Below, one piece after another: positions 58,095 through 64,000 of a DNA stretch of 64,000 nt. The stretch is from Dehalococcoidia bacterium (GTDB lineage: Bacteria; Chloroflexota; Dehalococcoidia; Lucifugimonadales; UBA6952), in NCBI GenBank assembly GCA_022450525.1, contig JAKUQA010000005.1, positions 4,475 to 68,474 of the forward strand, in the 5' to 3' direction. The notes under the pieces were generated by a model. It saw nothing but the letters and a program-made list of their open reading frames with translations. It had not been told where the DNA came from and made no database searches. The first letter of the stretch is position 1, and every line of letters begins with the position of its first letter. A program made the translations under genes and the position numbers.

Positions 58095-59486
58095 TTATAA
58101 ATTAATAATACCCTTGTCCCCATCAATGGTAATTTTTGTGCCAAATGGTTCTGAAAGGGATTGAAAACGTTCTAAGACTTGTTTTGCAACTTGCCCAGAC
58201 GCTAATACAGGACGACCTCTTTGTGATCTTTCTTTTCCATAGCCAAGATCAATAGGTAATAGTTCTAATTTTATCATTTCACCCTTTTCAAACTGAACAG
58301 TGGCAACAGCACTTTCCCATCTAATAGGCTCAATAGTCTGACCTCTATTAGCTATTTTATCAGCAGTATATGCGCTTCCATCACGAGCATCATAAAAATC
58401 AGCAGGAGTTCCTTCCCAACTCAAATTTTGTCGAATCATATTATCATGAGGCATAAGTTCAACAGTGTCGTTCTGCAAAATAAAATCACCTAAACTATAA
58501 AAAATTGGTTTTCCTTTATAAATTTCAATACCTCTATCTTGGTGTGGGCCGTGACCAATAAACATATCTGCACCTGCATCAATTACAGCATGTGCAAGAA
58601 CTTTTATATGATCAGATGGTTCATTTTCTGTTGCGCCACCTTCATGATTATGTACAGTAAATAGTACCCAGTCACTCATTCGTTTTGCATCAGATACGCG
58701 TTCCAAATTCCTTTTGAGATCCGATTCATTTATATAGGTACGTTTCTGAATTGAACTACCTTTTACAAATTTTGTATAAGATTCGTCTTGATAACTAGCA
58801 TGGTCTAAGAAATACACTAAATCATCAGAAGGAGGGCTTAATTTGTCAGAATTATCTTCAAATTCAGCACCTTTTGCAGCTCGATTTTTCATTGTTTCGG
58901 ACCAACCAAGCTTATCAGCTACAAGCTTTAGACCTTTAATCATTTCTTCATCTACGTTCCATTCTGTCGTCCAACGAATATAATTTGGACCTGGTCGTCC
59001 ACGAACATCTCGTCTTTGATCTCCAGCTCTTCCTCCCGGAGGTCCACTAGTTGTGGCTGAAATTAATGCAACACGACCGGCATTGGTATCTAAATACGTT
59101 GGTGCACTTGCTGAAGCTAAATTAACGCCAGTTCCAGCATATGGCAAACCATATTTATCTAAATTTTGTATATTAGTTAAAACACCGTTTTCTCCAAAAT
59201 CCCATGCATGGTTATTTGCAGTTGCAACAATATCAAAACCCATCCATTTTAAATCTTCTATATATTGTGGATCGCATCTCATATATGTTCCACCAGGAAC
59301 AGTTGAAGGTGCGTCTTCATAATTATGGAATAACATTTCCGCATTGGTAAATGAAACATCAGCACTAGTTATGACATCTTTCAACGCAAGAAATTGTTTT
59401 TCCGTAAAAACTTTCATCTGGCGAGAAATCAATGATTCTCCAGTGATTGCCATTGTTACATTTCTTTTTTCTGCATCATAAATCAT
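58095..59486 (-). CDS. CapA (PGA_cap) family metallophosphoesterase-fold protein, second paralog
   Basis: ITGES, TNAE, ANNHAWDFGENG, VHNHE, GHGPH, PIFYSLGDF; ATG 59486 behind GGAGG. Confidence 0.88.
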   Translation of the reverse strand: MIYDAEKRNVTMAITGESLISRQMKVFTEKQFLALKDVITSADVSFTNAEMLFHNYEDAPSTVPGGTYMRCDPQYIEDLKWMGFDIVATANNHAWDFGENGVLTNIQNLDKYGLPYAGTGVNLASASAPTYLDTNAGRVALISATTSGPPGGRAGDQRRDVRGRPGPNYIRWTTEWNVDEEMIKGLKLVADKLGWSETMKNRAAKGAEFEDNSDKLSPPSDDLVYFLDHASYQDESYTKFVKGSSIQKRTYINESDLKRNLERVSDAKRMSDWVLFTVHNHEGGATENEPSDHIKVLAHAVIDAGADMFIGHGPHQDRGIEIYKGKPIFYSLGDFILQNDTVELMPHDNMIRQNLSWEGTPADFYDARDGSAYTADKIANRGQTIEPIRWESAVATVQFEKGEMIKLELLPIDLGYGKERSQRGRPVLASGQVAKQVLERFQSLSEPFGTKITIDGDKGIINL

Positions 59487-59540
59487 AATATCCTCCATTC
59501 ACTATTAACCTACTCAATGAATTATCATACAAACAATAAA

Positions 59541-60749
59541 TTAAATAAACTCATTGTCTGAGGTTTTTAATATACCTTTTTCTTCTAAATCAATAATTGT
59601 TTTATCATCATAATTTAACCATTCATTTAATATACTTTTTGTGTGTTCTCCAACAACAAATGCTCTTTTACTAACATCTGCAGGAGTTCTAGAAAGCCTC
59701 ACAGGAGTATTTGATACTTTTACCTGTTGTTCATTTTCGCCAGGAACAGGTAATGAAACAATTGAATTTCGCGCTTTTATATGAGGATCTTCAATCATGT
59801 CTTCTAAATTATTTATAGGCCCAGAAACTGCTATCCCATCTAACACTTCTATCCAATGTTGGGTAGTTTGTTTTTTTAAAGCCTCTGTCAAAATTGGTTC
59901 TAAAACACCATGATTTTGTGTTCTTTTTTCTCCAGTATTAAATCGATCATCAGTTGCTAATTCTTCTAATCCTAAAATAAAACAAAATGCCTCCCAATCT
60001 CTTAATCCTGCTATGCATATGTATCCGTTGGCTGTTTCAAATGTTTGGAAAGGAGTTATTAAAGGATGTCTTGTACCAATTCTTTGAGGTATCTGACCTG
60101 TTATAGAATACCTAATAATTGCATTTTCTAGGTTGTATATCACACTCTCAACCATACTTACATCTATTTTCTGACCTTTGCCGCTCCTATCTCTTTCATA
60201 AAGAGCAGATAGTATGCCTAAAGCCATATAAGTACCACCAAAAGTATCTCCAACTGAAGTACCAACTCGCATAGGTCTACCATCAGGTTCTCCAGTTATG
60301 CTCATTAACCCACTAAATCCTTGGGCAATAACGTCAAATGCTCCTTGTTGAGCCCTCGGTCCAGTTTGACCGTACCCTGAACATGAAGCATATATTAACC
60401 CTGGATTAGTACCTTCAAATTGCTCATACCCAAGGCCTAATTTTTCCATAACACCAACAGAAAAGTTTTCTGTAACAACATCTGCCTTATTTATTAAATC
60501 TTTTACAATCTGTAAACCGGTAGGGTCTTTCAAATCAACTTGTATGGATTTTTTTCCTCTTTCTAATGAATACCTATAAGAACTTATACCATTGACATAA
60601 GGACCATCACCTCTATTGCTATCTGTTGCAGTAATCCTTTCTACATGAATTACTTCTGCACCTAAATCGCACAAAATCATAGTCCCAAATGGTCCTGCTA
60701 ACCAATGAGTGAAATCAATAATTTTCACTCCTTCTAATGGTCCTGCCAT
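59541..60749 (-). CDS. Family III CoA-transferase (CaiB/BaiF), second paralog
   Basis: PLEGVKIIDFTHWLAGPF, ENFSVG, SGYGQTGP, VGDTFGG; ATG 60749 behind GGAGG. Confidence 0.93.
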   Translation of the reverse strand: MAGPLEGVKIIDFTHWLAGPFGTMILCDLGAEVIHVERITATDSNRGDGPYVNGISSYRYSLERGKKSIQVDLKDPTGLQIVKDLINKADVVTENFSVGVMEKLGLGYEQFEGTNPGLIYASCSGYGQTGPRAQQGAFDVIAQGFSGLMSITGEPDGRPMRVGTSVGDTFGGTYMALGILSALYERDRSGKGQKIDVSMVESVIYNLENAIIRYSITGQIPQRIGTRHPLITPFQTFETANGYICIAGLRDWEAFCFILGLEELATDDRFNTGEKRTQNHGVLEPILTEALKKQTTQHWIEVLDGIAVSGPINNLEDMIEDPHIKARNSIVSLPVPGENEQQVKVSNTPVRLSRTPADVSKRAFVVGEHTKSILNEWLNYDDKTIIDLEEKGILKTSDNEFI

Positions 60750-60851
60750 ATTGCCCTCCATTTAATTCAAATATTATCTATATTTCGTACTGAAATACTT
60801 AATGTAAACATATATAATTAAACAATATCGTATGAAAGAAAATACAATTCC

Positions 60852-61907
60852 ATGTATGAAAATCTATTACGCCCAATATTATTTAAATTGCCTCCAGAAA
60901 AAGCACAATCTTTTGCTGACTTTTTTTTGAAGCGACAGCTTATTTGGGAAGTATATCATTCATTTCTCAAAACGTCTGATCCTCGTTTACAAATATCCTA
61001 CACTAATAATCAAAATCTCCCATCTCCTTTGGGGTTTGCTGCAGGTTATGACAAAGATTGTGAATTTTTAACCTCTTTGCTTTTATTAGGTTTTGGGTAC
61101 GTTATAGGGGGGACTATAGTTAACTCTCCCAGATATGGTAATGAAAAACCCAGAATAGCTAGAAATATAAAAGAAGAATCATTGATCAATGCTTTAGGAT
61201 TTCCCTCTAAAGGAAAAACCTATGTGACAAATTTGCTTGAAAAGTATCAAAAAACATTGCCGAAAAGATCAAATTTAGGCAAAATAATGCTTAGTATTTC
61301 AGGTCTTGATCATGAAGATTTATTATCATGCCATTCAGATATTCAGCCATATACTGATTTCTTAGAAATAAATATAAGCTCTCCAAATACAAGTAATATA
61401 AAGATTTTCCAAGAACAAGATAATTTATCTAAATTATTAAATTCACTCAATAAACAAAAGCCTCTTTTTCTAAAACTTGCACCATATACATCAAATGAAG
61501 AAAAGGAATTAGTTTTTTCATTAATTAAAACTGCTATTTCTTGCGGGATAGACGGTTTCACTATTTCAAATACAAAACCCACTACTGATGAACGTCTTGC
61601 AGTAGGCAAAGGTGGGATGAGTGGAAAGCCCTTATTAACTCAAACTATACAAATGATCAAAGAAATTCGATCTGAGTTTGGATACGAATTTCTCATTAAT
61701 GGTTGTGGTGGTATTTCAAATGCCTATGATTTACTTTCAGTCCTAGATGCAGGAGCTAATACTGGTCAATTATTAACATCATTTATTTATAAAGGCCCAA
61801 ATGTTGCTAATAATATAAATCGTACATTGATACAGTTAATCGAAAAAACTGGTTCTGAAAATATTACAGAACTAGTACAAGAGTATCCTAATCTAGATAA
61901 ATTATAA
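60852..61907 (+). CDS. pyrD: Dihydroorotate dehydrogenase (class 2, quinone-type)
   Basis: GFAAGYDKD, INALGFPSKG, EINISSPNT, LKLAP, SNT, GGMSGKP, GCGGI. Confidence 0.92.
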   Translation: MYENLLRPILFKLPPEKAQSFADFFLKRQLIWEVYHSFLKTSDPRLQISYTNNQNLPSPLGFAAGYDKDCEFLTSLLLLGFGYVIGGTIVNSPRYGNEKPRIARNIKEESLINALGFPSKGKTYVTNLLEKYQKTLPKRSNLGKIMLSISGLDHEDLLSCHSDIQPYTDFLEINISSPNTSNIKIFQEQDNLSKLLNSLNKQKPLFLKLAPYTSNEEKELVFSLIKTAISCGIDGFTISNTKPTTDERLAVGKGGMSGKPLLTQTIQMIKEIRSEFGYEFLINGCGGISNAYDLLSVLDAGANTGQLLTSFIYKGPNVANNINRTLIQLIEKTGSENITELVQEYPNLDKL

Positions 61908-61936
61908 AGGACATAAAATTTAATAATAAGTTTTTA

Positions 61937-61965
61937 TTGAATACAATCTTCTTGATTGTTACACT
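61937..61965 (+). promoter_or_regulatory. Putative promoter of tRNA-Val (and possibly dnaE)
   Basis: TTGAAT (61937-61942), 17 nt spacer, extended -10 TGT-TACACT (61957-61965). Confidence 0.5.
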
Positions 61966-61976
61966 GTCGAGAAACC

Positions 61977-62050
61977 GGGCGGTTAGCTCAGTTGGTTAGA
62001 GCGTCGCGTTGACATCGCGGAGGTCAGTGGTTCGAGCCCACTACCGCCCA
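61977..62050 (+). tRNA. tRNA-Val (anticodon GAC); CCA not encoded
   Basis: Acceptor stem GGGCGGT/ACCGCCC, D arm AGCTCAGTTGGTTAGAGC, anticodon arm TCGCG-TTGACAT-CGCGG, T loop GGTTCGAGCCC. Confidence 0.97.
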
Positions 62051-62066
62051 TTTAAAATTTTTTGCT

Positions 62067-64000
62067 ATGAAACCATTTAGTCACTTACATGTACATACTG
62101 AATATAGTTTGTTAGACGGCTTAAGTCGTGTAAAACCATTTAGTCATGGCACTTCTCTCATTGAAAAAGTGAAAAAAGAATCCATGGACCATATCGCTAT
62201 AACCGACCACGGAAATCTTTATGGAATTATCGACTTTTATAGAGAATCCATGCGTGAGAACATAAAACCAATCATTGGTTGTGAAGTATATGTAGCCCGT
62301 GAAAGTATGCATATAAAAAACGCTACAGAAAAAAGTCCTTACCACTTAACTCTTCTTGCAAAAAATAATACCGGATATAAAAACCTCATAAAACTTGTTT
62401 CTAAAGGGCATCTTGAAGGATTTTACTATAAACCAAGAGTAGATAAAAAACTTTTAGAAGAATTTGGAGAAGGTATTATCGCTCTTTCTGGATGTCCAAA
62501 CAGCCAGCTTTCCCAAGCAATTGTAGCGAATGATTTTACACAGGCAAAAAATATTGCCGAATGGCATAACAACGTGTTTGATGACTTCTACTTAGAGTTG
62601 CAAGATCACAGATTTGTAGACAACTTAGAATCTATAAACAAAGGTCTAATAAATTTAAATAAAGATTTAAATCTTCCTCTGGTCCTTACAAATGATTCCC
62701 ACTATGTTGAAAAAACAGACTCTGAAATTCAAGACCTAATGATTTGTATACAAACTAATACAAATATTATGGATGGGAAAAGATTACGAATGGAGGATCA
62801 AACATACCACATTCGTTCAAGTCAAGAAATGTCTACGTTATTTCCAGAATTTCCCCAGGCATATGAAAACACCTGGAAAATTGGTGAAATGTGTGATGTG
62901 ACTATAGACTTTGATAAAGTGTATCTTCCTGAATTTCCTACCCCCAACAACAAAGACGCATTCGAATACTTAACTGAATTATGTATGGATGGTATTAACC
63001 GTAGAATACCAAACTACGATTCTATATATCGTGAGCGATTAGAGTATGAATTAAATGTTATAAAAACTGCACAATTCGCTAATTACTTTTTAGTTGTATG
63101 GGATATTGCAAAAGAAACGAGAAGAAAAAACATACTTTTTGGGGTTCGTGGAAGTGCTGCTGCAAGTTTAGTTTTATATGTACTGGGAATAACAGATATA
63201 GACCCTATATCATACAGACTGGTATTTGAACGTTTCTTAAATTACGAACGTAAGGAAATGCCCGATATAGATATGGATTTTCAAGATGATAGACGTGATG
63301 AAATATTACAATATGTATGTGAAAAGTATGGTTCTGATCATGTAGCTCAAATAATTACCTTTGGAACACTTAGGGCCAAAGCTGCATTGCGTGATACAGG
63401 TAGAGCTTTAGGTATGCCCTACGGAGATGTTGATCAAGTAGCAAAATTAATCCCATTCGGCGTGAACTCTTTGGATGAAGCCGTGTCTTCAATCAAAGAG
63501 ATCGAAATGTTAAAAGATTCAGATAATAATATAAAAAACCTTATTGAAAAAGCCCAAAAGCTCGAGGGTGTCGTAAGAAATGCAGGTACACACGCTGCTG
63601 CAGTAGTCATTTCTAAAGAACCTCTCACTGAAGTAATTCCGCTACAAAATGCCCCTCGTAAAACTGATACAGATGTTCCAGTTACACAATTTTCAATGGG
63701 GCCAATCGGAGACCTAGGCCTTTTAAAAATGGATTTTTTGGGGTTAGGTAATCTTTCTATTTTAAGTAAAACAATCGAAATAATTAAAGAGACTAAAGGT
63801 ATCGATCTTTCTTTACCAGCGATTGAAATAGATAATCAAGCTGCATTTGACTTATTAGGATCTGGAGAAACAACTGGTGTGTTCCAACTTGAAAGCTCGG
63901 GAATGAGGCGTTATATCAAAGATCTTAAACCCAATTCAATTGCAGAAATCTCCGCCATGATAGCTTTATATAGGCCTGGTCCTATGGAACATATAGAAAC
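62067..64000 (+). CDS. dnaE: DNA polymerase III alpha subunit, 5' part; runs off the window end
   Basis: My translation: HLHVHTEYSLLDG, AITDHGN, GVRGSAAASLV, FERFLN, MPDIDMD, HAAAVVI, LKMDFLGL, ALYRPGPM; frame is open to base 64000. Confidence 0.97.
   Translation, partial: MKPFSHLHVHTEYSLLDGLSRVKPFSHGTSLIEKVKKESMDHIAITDHGNLYGIIDFYRESMRENIKPIIGCEVYVARESMHIKNATEKSPYHLTLLAKNNTGYKNLIKLVSKGHLEGFYYKPRVDKKLLEEFGEGIIALSGCPNSQLSQAIVANDFTQAKNIAEWHNNVFDDFYLELQDHRFVDNLESINKGLINLNKDLNLPLVLTNDSHYVEKTDSEIQDLMICIQTNTNIMDGKRLRMEDQTYHIRSSQEMSTLFPEFPQAYENTWKIGEMCDVTIDFDKVYLPEFPTPNNKDAFEYLTELCMDGINRRIPNYDSIYRERLEYELNVIKTAQFANYFLVVWDIAKETRRKNILFGVRGSAAASLVLYVLGITDIDPISYRLVFERFLNYERKEMPDIDMDFQDDRRDEILQYVCEKYGSDHVAQIITFGTLRAKAALRDTGRALGMPYGDVDQVAKLIPFGVNSLDEAVSSIKEIEMLKDSDNNIKNLIEKAQKLEGVVRNAGTHAAAVVISKEPLTEVIPLQNAPRKTDTDVPVTQFSMGPIGDLGLLKMDFLGLGNLSILSKTIEIIKETKGIDLSLPAIEIDNQAAFDLLGSGETTGVFQLESSGMRRYIKDLKPNSIAEISAMIALYRPGPMEHIE

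Noticed and set aside
61977-62100. Integrative element or prophage at tRNA-Val
   Set aside because: No integrase and no duplicated tRNA 3' end; dnaE follows immediately
1330-63628. Many short ORFs in the supplied track that overlap or run antisense to long genes (e.g. 2106-2384, 14981-15361, 33937-34404, 39658-40113, 62121-62345, 63434-63628)
   Set aside because: Shadow ORFs within well-supported genes; no motifs or RBS support
62067-64000. Intein in DnaE
   Set aside because: The translated portion is collinear with ordinary DnaE motifs; no intein-like insertion up to the window end
1-64000. CRISPR arrays, IS elements, rRNA, defence systems
   Set aside because: No regularly spaced repeats, transposase or integrase ORFs, rRNA-like sequence or recognisable defence genes seen

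Overview
A gene-dense, AT-rich 64 kb chromosomal segment in genetic code 11. The gene content suggests, by inference, a Chloroflexota/Dehalococcoidia bacterium of the marine SAR202 type: F420/LLM oxidoreductases, family III CoA-transferases, a DUF2298 protein and an 11-subunit nuo operon without nuoEFG. Housekeeping genes are aroKB, alaS-ruvX-aroE, recG, prfB with its +1 frameshift, rpmH-rnpA-yidD-yidC-jag, tlyA, mfd, nuoABCDHIJKLMN-eno-gap, pheA, a Trk/Ktr cluster, pyrD, tRNA-Val(GAC) and the 5' part of dnaE. Catabolic-looking cassettes lie between them. I saw no mobile element, CRISPR array or rRNA. Three candidates for undescribed systems stand out. (1) An eight-bladed PQQ-type beta-propeller lipoprotein is inserted between yidD and a minimal YidC whose conserved groove Arg is replaced by Asn, reminiscent of the EMC1/EMC3 or BamB pairing. 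(2) An organosulfur-type cluster has a divergent ComA, a cytoplasmic CapA metallophosphoesterase, ComD and two ComE paralogs but no ComB or ComC. (3) A HadABC-like triple hot-dog dehydratase operon has a structured leader. Smaller oddities include an apparently circularly permuted DinB protein and a CapA plus CoA-transferase pairing that occurs twice. All functional calls come from motif recognition only; no database searches were run.
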